A stretch of 64,000 nucleotides of DNA. Source: a virus (taxonomy: Duplodnaviria > Heunggongvirae > Uroviricota > Caudoviricetes). The DNA lies in the IMG/VR virus record IMGVR_UViG_2799113165_000002, positions 1-64,000 of that record; one strand, written 5' to 3'. Under the pieces are notes generated by a model. That model saw nothing but the letters and a program-made list of their open reading frames with translations. It did not search any database and was not told the DNA's origin. Every line of letters begins with the position of its first letter. The first letter of the stretch is position 1. Made by a program: the position numbers and the translations under genes. Below are positions 44,920 through 54,387 of the stretch, piece by piece.

Positions 44920-45368
44920 TGCGCGCTGCCGAGCGCCTGGAGCGGGATATGAAGGCGGTGCGGCTGTTCATCGCCGGGAAGTCATTCCGCGCCATCCAGG
45001 AGGCGTGCGGCTACAACACCCTGGCCGCCTGCCACAAGGCGGTACGCCGTGAGATGGCGAAGTCAGAGCGGCGCGACCTGCTCCGCGACAAGGCTTTCGA
45101 CGTCTACCTGGAGCGGCTGGAGGCACTGTGGGCCGCCCACTACCCGCGGGCGGTCGCCGGAGACACCCGATCTGCTGAACACTGCCGCCGCGTCGCTCAA
45201 CAGGAGGCCCGGCTATTCGGGCTTGAGCCAGCGGCCGGGAGCCGGGTTGGCGGAGACCCGCCGGACCCCGACGGCACCGAAGACGACGAGAGCACCGAGG
45301 GCAGTGGCGACGCCACCGGTGACAACGTGAGTGACCTCGACGAGTGGCGTTCTCGACAGAACGCTTAG
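44916..45368 (+). CDS. putative terminase small subunit (HTH)
   Basis: Position immediately upstream of TerL. HTH AGKSFRAIQEACGY. Acidic tail. Confidence 0.45.
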   Translation: MMRAAERLERDMKAVRLFIAGKSFRAIQEACGYNTLAACHKAVRREMAKSERRDLLRDKAFDVYLERLEALWAAHYPRAVAGDTRSAEHCRRVAQQEARLFGLEPAAGSRVGGDPPDPDGTEDDESTEGSGDATGDNVSDLDEWRSRQNA

Positions 45369-46941
45369 GGGACACACGGTCCCCAGGCTGTTCACGCCAC
45401 CCCTAGCTGATCACTGCGACCCCGACCTACCCGAGACCTGCGAATGCGGGTGTGGCCTAAACCCCGCTACCTCGTGGGGCTTTGGCTGCATCGACTTTCT
45501 CGAAAACGTCGTCAACTGGGAACTTCTGCCGTACCAGAAGTGGCTCTACATCCACGCCCTGGAGAAGGGCGCCAACGGAACCGGATTCAGGTTCCGCACC
45601 GTCTGCATTTTGATCGCCCGCCAGAACGGCAAAACCCAGTGGCTGCGCGGCCTCGGCCTCTGGCGCCTGTACCTCAACAAGACCGGCCGCCCGATGGTCG
45701 GGAAGCCACCGGCGGCGAAAACGGTCCTGATCGCCGCGCAGGGCCTGGAGTACGCCGAGGCGACGCTGGGCGAAGTCGTCATCAACGTCGACGAATGCCC
45801 AGCCCTCAAGCGGGAATTCGTCAAGCACGTACAGACGAACGGCAAGCACCGCATGCTGCTGACTGGCCGCCGGTCATGGCGCGCGGTCGCCGCAAACCGC
45901 AAGGGCGGCCGTTCCTTCTCCGTCGATCTGGCGCAGCTGGACGAGCTGCGCGAGCACCACGACTGGCTGGCCTGGGATGCCATCGTCCCGACCACTACTG
46001 CCCGGCCGAACAGCCAAGTTGTCTGCGCATCCAACGCCGGGGACAAGCGCTCCATGGTGCTTCGTTCTGTCCGGCAGGGCTGCCTAGAAGACATCTACCG
46101 GCGGGACACCGACGGCACCAGCACCGGCCTATTCGAGTGGTCGGCACCGGACGACGCCGAGCCGAGCAACCGGTCGGTGTGGCCCATGGCCAACCCCGCC
46201 CTCGGCTGGCTGCCGGGCCACGACGAGGAATCACTGGCCGCCAAATACGAGGCGAAGCGCGGCGACATCGCCGGATTCAAGACCGAGCACCTATGCCAAT
46301 GGGTCGACACCTTGTTGCCCGGAATCATCGAGCCCGAGCACTGGGCGGAAACGATGGACCCGGACTCACGCAGGGCTGAGGGGGCGCCTGTGTGGGCTGC
46401 CGTAGACGTCAACTTCCAACGCTCCCGCGCATATATCGCCATCGCGGCGCGCCGCGCGGACGGCCTTCTACACGTCGAAGTCGTGAAGGCCGGACGCGGA
46501 ACCGACTGGATCATCCCGTGGTTCACCGACTCCACACGCGCCGGAAAGTTCGTCGCAGTGGCTGTACAGGTCCGCGGTGCGCCAGCCTCCGGGCTGATCG
46601 AGGGCATGGAAAAGGCCCAAATCCCGGTACTGGAGTGGGGCGGCCCGGACCTCGCGAAGGCGTGCGGCGACTTCTACGACGGCCTCGTGCAACGCGGCAT
46701 CAAGCACCGGCCCCAGGCAGCACTAGACACCGCCGCCGCATCCGCCGCAGCGAAATCACTAGGCGACGCATGGGTATTCGACCGCAAGGGAAGCCCGGTC
46801 GACGCCTCTCCGCTGGTTGCCTGCGCCGCGGCGGCGTGGGCCGAATCCAAGGGGATACCGGAGCCAGAACCGGTACCCGTAATCCATGAATGGCCCGACG
46901 ACGAGGAGATCGCGCGATGGGAACGAGGGGAGTTTGAGTGA
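45331..46941 (+). CDS. terL: terminase large subunit
   Basis: Walker A ARQNGKTQW. C-terminal nuclease domain. Located upstream of portal. Start uncertain because of the 38-nt overlap with TerS. Confidence 0.8.
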   Translation: MTSTSGVLDRTLRGHTVPRLFTPPLADHCDPDLPETCECGCGLNPATSWGFGCIDFLENVVNWELLPYQKWLYIHALEKGANGTGFRFRTVCILIARQNGKTQWLRGLGLWRLYLNKTGRPMVGKPPAAKTVLIAAQGLEYAEATLGEVVINVDECPALKREFVKHVQTNGKHRMLLTGRRSWRAVAANRKGGRSFSVDLAQLDELREHHDWLAWDAIVPTTTARPNSQVVCASNAGDKRSMVLRSVRQGCLEDIYRRDTDGTSTGLFEWSAPDDAEPSNRSVWPMANPALGWLPGHDEESLAAKYEAKRGDIAGFKTEHLCQWVDTLLPGIIEPEHWAETMDPDSRRAEGAPVWAAVDVNFQRSRAYIAIAARRADGLLHVEVVKAGRGTDWIIPWFTDSTRAGKFVAVAVQVRGAPASGLIEGMEKAQIPVLEWGGPDLAKACGDFYDGLVQRGIKHRPQAALDTAAASAAAKSLGDAWVFDRKGSPVDASPLVACAAAAWAESKGIPEPEPVPVIHEWPDDEEIARWERGEFE

Positions 46942-47111
46942 TCAGGTTTGCCGTAGCAACGCTCGTTGAGCTGCTAGGAATCTTCGCGATTGTCGCTGGC
47001 GTGTGGGTAATTTACCCCCCAGCAGGGTTAATTGTCACCGGAATAGGTTGTGTAGCAATAGGTTTAGCGATAGACCCGCCTCCTAGTCGTGAGCGGCGGA
47101 CTGAGCAGTGA
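46938..47111 (+). CDS. small two-TM membrane protein (57 aa)
   Basis: GTGA overlaps on both sides. VIRFAVATLVELLGIFAIVAGVWVIYPPAGLIVTGIGCVAIGLAI. Confidence 0.4.
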   Translation: MIRFAVATLVELLGIFAIVAGVWVIYPPAGLIVTGIGCVAIGLAIDPPPSRERRTEQ

Positions 47112-48415
47112 GCTTCCTGTCCCGCATCTTCACCGGCGCACCCGCGGTGGAGGAGCGGGCCATCACCAGCTCGTCGTTTGTGCCCACCCCGGCCGAGGAC
47201 GCCGCTATGAACGGCATGTACGGGTACGGGTCCATGACGCCGACGGGCACCCGCGAGATGCAGGTCGCCGCCTTCTCCGCCTGCGTAACGCTTCTCGCCG
47301 ACACCATCGCCGCGCTGCCGCTTGTCGCGTACCGGCGTCAGGGCAAGACCAAGGTGGCCCTCGATCCCCAGCCCGTCATCGTCCAACAGCCTTACGTAGA
47401 AAACACGATCTTCGACTGGGTCTGGATGCTGGTTGAAGCGCTGGCTGTAACTGGAAACGGATACGGCTACATAACATCCCGCGGCCCCGACGATCGGCCA
47501 CGCGGCATCATGCCCGTCCATCCCGACTGCATCACAGTGGAGATGCCCGACAAGGACCGGTGGCCCAACCCCAACTATTACGTTGAGGGCAGCAAGGTCG
47601 ACCGCTCCGACATCCTCCATATCAAGCGATACCCCATCGCCGGAGCGGCACTCGGACTGTCCCCCGTGCAACGCGCAGCAGCAGCCGTCGGCATCGCCCT
47701 TGCCGCAGAACGATACGGACTCAACTACTTCCGCGACTCAGCCAACCCCAGCTCCGTCCTTGAAACAGACCTCGTCCTAGACGCCACCGCAACCAAGAAT
47801 CTGCAACAGCAATGGATCGCCAGCCATGGCGGCCGTCGCCGCCCCGCGATCCTTTCCGGCGGGGTGAAGTGGCGTCCAATCGCCATATCGCCCAACGAGT
47901 CCCAGTTCCTGGAGACCCGTAAGTACCAGCGCGGCGAGATCGCCATGCTGTTCCGTATCCCGCCCCACATGATCGGCGACACCGAGAAGACGACCTCATG
48001 GGGTACCGGCATCGAGCAGCAGTCCACCGGCTTCGTCCGGTACACCCTGCGCCCCTGGCTCACCTGCATTGAGCAGCAACTGTCCGCACTGCTTCCGCGC
48101 GGCGTTTTCGTGAAGTTCGACGTCAACGACCTGCTCCGCGGTGACATCAAGTCCCTATGGACGTCCTACAAGGCCGGTCGCGACGCCGGTGTCTACAGCG
48201 TCAACGACATCCGCGAACGCGAGGACATGGAACCGGTTGAGGGCGGCGATATCCGGCTGCAACCCACCAACATGGCGCCCCTGGGCTGGACGCCCCCGGA
48301 CCCACCCGGGACGGCCGAGGCAGAGCCAGAACCTGAGGACGACGAGACCCCCGAAGAAGAACCGGCCGACGAACCTGACGAGGACGAAGAAGGCACGGGA
48401 CAGGAGGACCAATGA
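47108..48415 (+). CDS. portal protein
   Basis: Portal-typical core (RIPPHMIGDTEKTTSWGTGIEQQ). Acidic C-terminus. Position between TerL and the protease. Confidence 0.8.
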   Translation: MSFLSRIFTGAPAVEERAITSSSFVPTPAEDAAMNGMYGYGSMTPTGTREMQVAAFSACVTLLADTIAALPLVAYRRQGKTKVALDPQPVIVQQPYVENTIFDWVWMLVEALAVTGNGYGYITSRGPDDRPRGIMPVHPDCITVEMPDKDRWPNPNYYVEGSKVDRSDILHIKRYPIAGAALGLSPVQRAAAAVGIALAAERYGLNYFRDSANPSSVLETDLVLDATATKNLQQQWIASHGGRRRPAILSGGVKWRPIAISPNESQFLETRKYQRGEIAMLFRIPPHMIGDTEKTTSWGTGIEQQSTGFVRYTLRPWLTCIEQQLSALLPRGVFVKFDVNDLLRGDIKSLWTSYKAGRDAGVYSVNDIREREDMEPVEGGDIRLQPTNMAPLGWTPPDPPGTAEAEPEPEDDETPEEEPADEPDEDEEGTGQEDQ

Positions 48416-49296
48416 CCACCAACACCATTCGCGCCGACCGCGACAACCGCAAGGACGTCTGGGAGCACCGCCGGACATCCTCGTTCGAAGTCCGCGAGGA
48501 CAGCGACACCATCACCCTCACCGGGTACGCGTCGACGTTCGAGCCATACGAGATGTACGGCGGTCCCGACGCTGGCGGCTGGATCGAGCAGCTGGACAAG
48601 GCTGCGTTCACCAACACCCTCCGTGAGAAGCCGGACCTACACCTGCTGATCAACCACGAGGGCATGCCGCTTGCGCGCACCAAGTCCGACACCCTCCAGC
48701 TGGGTGTCGACCGGCACGGGCTCAAGGTCACAGCCCAGCTCGACCGGTCCGACCCCGACGTACAACGGCTGGAGCCGAAGATGCGCCGCAAGGACATGGA
48801 CGAGATGTCCTTTGCGTTCCGCGTGAAGGGTCAGAAGTGGGAGTGCACCGAGGAATTCCCGGAGGACAACTACGCCCTCCGCACCATCACTGAGGTCTCG
48901 CTGCACAAGGGAGATGTGTCCGTGGTCAACTTCGGCGCCAACCCCACCACCAGCGCCGAACTCAAGTCAGTCGACCAGGCCCTCGCGTTCCTAGCTGACT
49001 GCGACCCCGGAGCGCTCGCTGAAATCCGTTCCGACGGTGACCTTCTCCGCCGAGCACGCGCCGTCCTGAACTCCCTCGGCAGCATCGACAAGGTTGCCGC
49101 GCTACAGGCGGCCCAGGGCAATGCCCGCGCCGCCGCAGACGCTGCGTCTGCCGCAGCCCAGGTTCTGCAATCTCGATCCGAGAACGATGCCCCCAAGGGT
49201 ATGTCGCTACGAGAAGCCATGGCCCGTCAGGGCTTTGCGTCTGAGGACGGCTCCGTGCTGTCCCTCAACGACGCGCTCGCAGTCATCGACCGGTAA
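48412..49296 (+). CDS. capsid maturation (prohead) protease, HK97 family
   Basis: S78-like segment HLLINHEGMPLARTKSDTLQLGVD. Position between portal and major capsid. Confidence 0.75.
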   Translation: MTTNTIRADRDNRKDVWEHRRTSSFEVREDSDTITLTGYASTFEPYEMYGGPDAGGWIEQLDKAAFTNTLREKPDLHLLINHEGMPLARTKSDTLQLGVDRHGLKVTAQLDRSDPDVQRLEPKMRRKDMDEMSFAFRVKGQKWECTEEFPEDNYALRTITEVSLHKGDVSVVNFGANPTTSAELKSVDQALAFLADCDPGALAEIRSDGDLLRRARAVLNSLGSIDKVAALQAAQGNARAAADAASAAAQVLQSRSENDAPKGMSLREAMARQGFASEDGSVLSLNDALAVIDR

Positions 49297-49337
49297 CACC
49301 CGGCGCCAGTAGGCGCCCCACAAATTCCATCCGACGC

Positions 49338-49375
49338 ACCAACCACAAGGCCCCCGCCACCCCGGGGGCCTTTTT
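49338..49375 (+). terminator. terminator/attenuator hairpin
   Basis: GGCCCCCG-CCAC-CCGGGGGCC followed by TTTTTCG. Confidence 0.55.
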
Positions 49376-49485
49376 CGTGCGCCGGGTCGAACGGCCTGCC
49401 CCCGCTCGGGGCCGCCGGTGCCCCGCTCGGGCCGCCCACCAAATCAAAACGCCCACAAGGGCATACACGAAAGGAACGAACCTCA

Positions 49486-50880
49486 ATGACTGAGTCTGTT
49501 GAGGAAGCGCGCATCAAGCGGCTGTCTTCGCTGCGTGCCACGGCCGAGTCCGAGCTGGAGACCCTCGTGGCACAGCGGACGGCCATCACCGAAATCGTCA
49601 AGGAAGAGGCCCGTGAGGACCTCACCCCCGAGGAAGACGTCGATTTCCGCGCGAAGTCGGCCGCGATCAAGGCCAAGCAGGGTGAGATCGCGGGCTACAA
49701 CGAGCGCATCCAGGAGCTGTCCGACGAGATCGAGCGGTCCGGGAAGCTGAACGACGAGGCCGCCAAGGTCCGTCGCGCACAGGCCCGCGTCGAGTCGGTC
49801 AAGGAAGCAGCCGCCTACGCCAAGGGCAACGGCCGGTCCTACCTCCAGGACCTCATGCGGGTCCAGCGGAACATGGACCCGAACGGCCAGAGCCTGGAAC
49901 GGCTCCAGCGTCACGCCCAGGACGTCGCCAGCGACTCCGAGTACCGCGACCTGGACCGTACCGACGGCAACGGTGGCTACTTCGTGCCCCCGGCCTGGCT
50001 GGTCAACCAGTACGTGCCCCTGGCGCGCGCTGGCCGCGCCTACGCCAACCTGGTCACCTCCCAGCCGCTGCCGTCTGGCACCGACAGCATCAACATCCCC
50101 AAGGTCACCGCGGGGACCGCGACTGCTGTACAGACGGCCGATAACGCGGCCGTCGCCGAGCAGGACCTCGACGACAACTTCATCGAGGCCAAGGTGCGGA
50201 CCGTCGCCGGTCAGCAGGACGTCGCAATCCAGCTCCTGGATCAGTCACCCGTCAACTTCGACGAGGTCGTCTTCCAAGATCTGATCGCAGACTTCGGCAC
50301 CAAGCTGGACCTCCAGGTCCTTGCAGGTTCCGGGGCCAGCGGCCAGGTGCTGGGTGTCCACGGCACCCCGGGCATCGGCACCATCGCCATCACCGCGCTG
50401 ACGGTGGCCTCGTTCTACGCGGCCATCGCCGACGCGATCCAGCGGGTACACACCAGCCGGTTCCTGCCCCCGACGCACATCGTGATGCACCCCCGCCGTT
50501 GGGGCTGGCTCACCGCGTCGCTGGACGGCGATCAGCGTCCGCTCGTGCTGCCTGCGGCCAACGCACCGCAGAACGCCCTCGCCACTCTGGACGCCGTCGC
50601 GTCCCAGCAGGTGGTCGGCCAGCTCCAGGGCCTGCCGGTGGTGACCGACCCCAACATCGGCACCGCGTACGGCACCGGCACCAACGAGGACGTTGTGTAC
50701 GTGCAGCGCTCCGCGGACCTGCTGCTGTTCGAGTCGGGTATCCGTACCCGCACCCTGCCGGAGCCGGGCGCGAAGAACCTGACGGTGTGCCTCCAGGTGT
50801 ACGGCTACCTGGCCTTCACCGCCGGGCGCTACCCGCAGTCCGTGGTCGAGATCGGCGGACTGACCCCGCCCGCTTTCTGA
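49486..50880 (+). CDS. major capsid protein (HK97 fold) with N-terminal scaffold-like delta domain
   Basis: Coiled-coil N-terminus of ~110 aa followed by a capsid core. RBS GAAAGGAACG. Confidence 0.8.
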   Translation: MTESVEEARIKRLSSLRATAESELETLVAQRTAITEIVKEEAREDLTPEEDVDFRAKSAAIKAKQGEIAGYNERIQELSDEIERSGKLNDEAAKVRRAQARVESVKEAAAYAKGNGRSYLQDLMRVQRNMDPNGQSLERLQRHAQDVASDSEYRDLDRTDGNGGYFVPPAWLVNQYVPLARAGRAYANLVTSQPLPSGTDSINIPKVTAGTATAVQTADNAAVAEQDLDDNFIEAKVRTVAGQQDVAIQLLDQSPVNFDEVVFQDLIADFGTKLDLQVLAGSGASGQVLGVHGTPGIGTIAITALTVASFYAAIADAIQRVHTSRFLPPTHIVMHPRRWGWLTASLDGDQRPLVLPAANAPQNALATLDAVASQQVVGQLQGLPVVTDPNIGTAYGTGTNEDVVYVQRSADLLLFESGIRTRTLPEPGAKNLTVCLQVYGYLAFTAGRYPQSVVEIGGLTPPAF

Positions 50881-50970
50881 CCCACCGCTAGGCCACCCAC
50901 CGTCCCGTACCCCGGGGCGGTGGGTGCGCCCAGCACCCCGGCACGACAACAACAGAGGAGCTGAAATCCC

Positions 50971-51312
50971 ATGGCAGTACAGAAGCGCGACGCCGTCGCG
51001 GACACCGTCGCGGCACTGGAGACCAAGCGCGAGCTGCTGGCGTCCCTCGGCGAAGACACCTCCGCCATCGACGCGAAGCTCGCCGAGTGGCGCGCAGACA
51101 TTGACCCGGTCGAGCCCGCCCCGCCGGTCGAGAACAAGGTCGCCCCCGCGGCGCCGGAGAAGGCAACCCCGCCCGCATCCGACAACGCAGCCGCCAAGCC
51201 CGGTAAGGCCGCGCCCGCCAAGGCAACCGCCACCAAGACGGAACCTGCACCGGCACAGGTGAAGACCGAGGAGACCAAGGCCGCTGATGGCGGACCTGGT
51301 AACGACAACTGA
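50971..51312 (+). CDS. Ala/Pro/Lys-rich head-associated protein
   Basis: RBS AGAGGAG. Low-complexity APAK repeats. Confidence 0.45.
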   Translation: MAVQKRDAVADTVAALETKRELLASLGEDTSAIDAKLAEWRADIDPVEPAPPVENKVAPAAPEKATPPASDNAAAKPGKAAPAKATATKTEPAPAQVKTEETKAADGGPGNDN

Positions 51313-51841
51313 CCTCGGCAAGTTCGAGGCTGGTGACCGGCAGTGGTTCCTCGACACCGCTGAATCGGCGGTGCGGGACTACTGCGACTGGCACATCGCA
51401 CCGTCTCGCCGTGAGGTGGATCGGCGATGCGAAATTGGGGAGCGCGGCATCATCATGCTGCACTCCCTGCATGTCACCGACGTTGAGTCCGTGAAGGTCG
51501 ACGGCCAGGTACTCGAACCAGATGAATACGACTGGGACGAGGCGGGATTCATTACACGGACCCGCACCACCTGGCCGCGCGGCCGGTACTGGCCAGTCTT
51601 CGGGCTGCCCTCGCCGCGCTACGCCTACGTCACCTTCACTCACGGCTACCCAGAGGTACCGCTGGCGGTGAAAGCGGTAATACTGGAGTTGGCGTCCAGC
51701 GGCATCGAGCTGCCGTCATCGGTAGCCACCGAGGCCACCGGTGGCCCGTTCCGCATCAAGTTCAAGGGCACCTCGGGTCTGTCGCTCAACGACGACCACA
51801 AGTCCCGGCTGGCCGACTACCGCATCCAGGCCATCGCGTGA
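51287..51841 (+). CDS. head-tail connector (gp6-like adaptor)
   Basis: N-terminus ADLVTTTDL, plus its position. Confidence 0.55.
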   Translation: MADLVTTTDLGKFEAGDRQWFLDTAESAVRDYCDWHIAPSRREVDRRCEIGERGIIMLHSLHVTDVESVKVDGQVLEPDEYDWDEAGFITRTRTTWPRGRYWPVFGLPSPRYAYVTFTHGYPEVPLAVKAVILELASSGIELPSSVATEATGGPFRIKFKGTSGLSLNDDHKSRLADYRIQAIA

Positions 51842-52215
51842 GTGTCTTCCCCGAGCCCTACGACATCGCGCACTACCCGTACAGCGCGACAGCGGGAAAG
51901 AACGCCCACGGCAACACCATTGGCGGCGTCGCAGAGGCGCCGACGCCACGGCGGGCGATGGCCTTCTACCCCCGCGGTGAACGCGCAGCCGACAGGGTCG
52001 AGCCGGTAGCACCGGAGTACGTGGCCCGGCACATCGCCGAGCTGACAATGCTGGTGAAAGACCCAACGGTCTACAAAACCCAGGACCAGGTCGACATCCA
52101 CGGCGCCCGCTTCGATGTCGTCGGCATGGGAGCTGACGGTGACTGGCGCAACGGGCCGTGGCGGAAGTACTCGCAGATGTTCGGCGGGGAAATCTCGCTC
52201 AAGCGAGTCGGCTAG
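51838..52215 (+). CDS. head-tail joining protein
   Basis: Position only. Confidence 0.45.
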   Translation: MSVFPEPYDIAHYPYSATAGKNAHGNTIGGVAEAPTPRRAMAFYPRGERAADRVEPVAPEYVARHIAELTMLVKDPTVYKTQDQVDIHGARFDVVGMGADGDWRNGPWRKYSQMFGGEISLKRVG

Positions 52216-52463
52216 TGGCCGTACGCATCAAGTACAACATGGCAGGGTTCCGCAAGATCCGCCACGCCTACGGCGAGTACGTCGAGCAGATCGCCCGGCA
52301 GGCCGCCGAAGGACTACCAGACGGCTACACCATTGTCGTGCAACGCGATCCTAATACGCAGCGTCCGCGTATCTTCATCGTCGCCGCTTCGTACGCAGCA
52401 CGCCGAGACGACGCAGCCAACTCGCGGCTCCTCAAGCTGATCGCTGGGTTACGGGGTCGCTGA
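52215..52463 (+). CDS. tail component protein
   Basis: Position only. GTG start overlapping the upstream stop. Confidence 0.4.
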   Translation: MAVRIKYNMAGFRKIRHAYGEYVEQIARQAAEGLPDGYTIVVQRDPNTQRPRIFIVAASYAARRDDAANSRLLKLIAGLRGR

Positions 52464-52900
52464 TGCCCGCCCTGTATCCGGCCATGCTGCCAGCGGACAT
52501 GGTGGCGCTGGCAGTCGCGTACCTGACACCCCAACCCGCCCTGACGGTTCCAGTCGGCTCCAAACTGCCGCCCACCCGAACAGATGCCACCTTGCCTGAC
52601 GGGTTCCTGCGAGTCGAGTTCGGCGGCGGCTCCCGCGCCAACCTCCTCGAATGGGACCTCGACCTCATCCTGTTCGGCTATCACCCCGATGAGGTTGAAG
52701 CGTCCAACATCTCACGGACCGCGACAGCGCTCATGGACGCCGCGACCGGTCTCACCATCGACACCTGGTACGTCGTCTGGGCACGCGCCACAAGCCTGAC
52801 GCACGAGTCGAAGGACCCGAACGTGGCGACACCTCGATACCGGTCGATGGTCACCTGGCGCGTCCAGGGCCAACCCATCGGCTCACCCATCACCCCATAA
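52463..52900 (+). CDS. tail terminator-like protein
   Basis: Position upstream of the major tail protein. Confidence 0.45.
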   Translation: MPALYPAMLPADMVALAVAYLTPQPALTVPVGSKLPPTRTDATLPDGFLRVEFGGGSRANLLEWDLDLILFGYHPDEVEASNISRTATALMDAATGLTIDTWYVVWARATSLTHESKDPNVATPRYRSMVTWRVQGQPIGSPITP

Positions 52901-52976
52901 CTCACCGCCCCCGCGCGGGAGATCAGGCCGTCCCGTCCGGGGCGGCCTTTCGCATATCACGAGAGGAAAGCCCCGC

Positions 52977-53558
52977 ATGGCTCTCAACAATGTGCTGGAG
53001 CTGGCCGCCCCGTCCCCGCGGGTCACCGGCGGCGTCCTGCGTGCACCGGTCGGCACGACCTTGCCGACCACCGCTGTCGGCGCCCCCGCAGTGGCCTTCA
53101 ACAACCTTGGCCACGTCGGCAAGGACGGCCTGGAACGTACCGAAGATCGGTCGAACCAGGAGGAGTACAACTGGGGCGGCGACCTGGTCGCAGTGCTCCA
53201 GGAAAAGTACGGCCTGGAAATCAAGTTCAAGCTGCTCCAGGTCAACAACGTCGACGTGCAGAAGGCCGTGCACGGTGCATCCAACGTCACCGTCACCCCG
53301 GCCAGCACCACGTCCGGCACGGAGATCAAGGCCGAACTGAACGCCAAGCTCCTGGACACGGGCGCTTGGGTTTTCGACGGCTTCTACAACCTGATCTCCA
53401 TGCGCCTGGTCATCCCGATCGGTCGTATCACCGCCGTCGCGCCCATCAAGTGGACGCACTCCGAACTGGCGGCCTACGAGTGCACGCTCAAGCCGTTCCC
53501 CGACGCCGACGGTAACCACGGTTACCAGTACTGGAACGACGGCGTGGTGACGATTTGA
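52977..53558 (+). CDS. major tail protein
   Basis: Position upstream of chaperones and tape measure. Flanked by GC hairpins. 193 aa. Confidence 0.65.
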   Translation: MALNNVLELAAPSPRVTGGVLRAPVGTTLPTTAVGAPAVAFNNLGHVGKDGLERTEDRSNQEEYNWGGDLVAVLQEKYGLEIKFKLLQVNNVDVQKAVHGASNVTVTPASTTSGTEIKAELNAKLLDTGAWVFDGFYNLISMRLVIPIGRITAVAPIKWTHSELAAYECTLKPFPDADGNHGYQYWNDGVVTI

Positions 53559-53953
53559 GCACCACCACCGCGCGCAAGGCATCGCCCCGCAAAGCGGGCG
53601 CGAAGAAGGCAGCCGCACCAGCGGCAGCCGACGCACCGGTGGACGAGACGAAGGAGGCCCCCGCTTCGGCGGGGGCACCTTCTCCGTACCCCGACGGCAC
53701 GGCCCTGTTCGAATTCACGACCAGCGACGGGTACGTCGTCCAGTTCCCGAAGTACTCGGAGATCACGCCACCTACCCGCCAATTCTGGTGGGCGCTATAC
53801 CAACTCGACGAGACCTTCCAAGCGTTCGAGTGGATGGACTGGGCAGGGGTTCCCAAGGAAATCCAACTCCGCGTCGTCGGCCTCGGCGATGACGAATACA
53901 AGGCCGTGTTCGACGCCTGGTTCGCCGACTCGAAACTGACCGCGGGGGAATAG
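53555..53953 (+). CDS. tail assembly chaperone (G-like)
   Basis: TTG start overlapping the major tail stop. Lies upstream of a -1 frame extension ORF. Confidence 0.6.
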   Translation: MSTTTARKASPRKAGAKKAAAPAAADAPVDETKEAPASAGAPSPYPDGTALFEFTTSDGYVVQFPKYSEITPPTRQFWWALYQLDETFQAFEWMDWAGVPKEIQLRVVGLGDDEYKAVFDAWFADSKLTAGE

Positions 53954-54387
53954 GTGCGCTCACCCGGGCCATCGGCCAGCACTGGCACGCGGTCGAGCGC
54001 GACCTCATATCGCTAGACAAGGACTCCGATTTCGACGACCGGCTGCTGCCAGTCGCCAAACTCGGGTCCATCGTGCTGGCTGCACCCCCTGGCACGGCCG
54101 TCTACCACGCCATCCACGGCGGGTGGACCCGGGAGTCTCACCTGCTGGCCGCCCAGATGGAGCAGCACGCAGGTCTGGTCACTATGCCCCAGCGGATCGC
54201 TCGTGAGGGCGTCGACCCCAACGCCCCTGTGCCGCAACCTGAGCGGCCGGTGGGACCACCACCGCCAGGGCTACTCACCTGCGACGAGATGTCACTTGAG
54301 GACTTCGAGCGACTACGCGCAGCCAACTACGCGCTGGGCGAGTCGCCCGGCCGCGTCATCGGAATGAAGAAAGGAGTAACCGGTTGA
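53893..54387 (+). CDS. tail assembly chaperone -1 frameshift extension (GT-like)
   Basis: Frame -1 relative to 53555..53953 is open from 53893 to 54387 and ends in ATGA overlap with the tape measure start. Slippery site not identified. Confidence 0.5.
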   Translation, partial: RIQGRVRRLVRRLETDRGGIGALTRAIGQHWHAVERDLISLDKDSDFDDRLLPVAKLGSIVLAAPPGTAVYHAIHGGWTRESHLLAAQMEQHAGLVTMPQRIAREGVDPNAPVPQPERPVGPPPPGLLTCDEMSLEDFERLRAANYALGESPGRVIGMKKGVTG

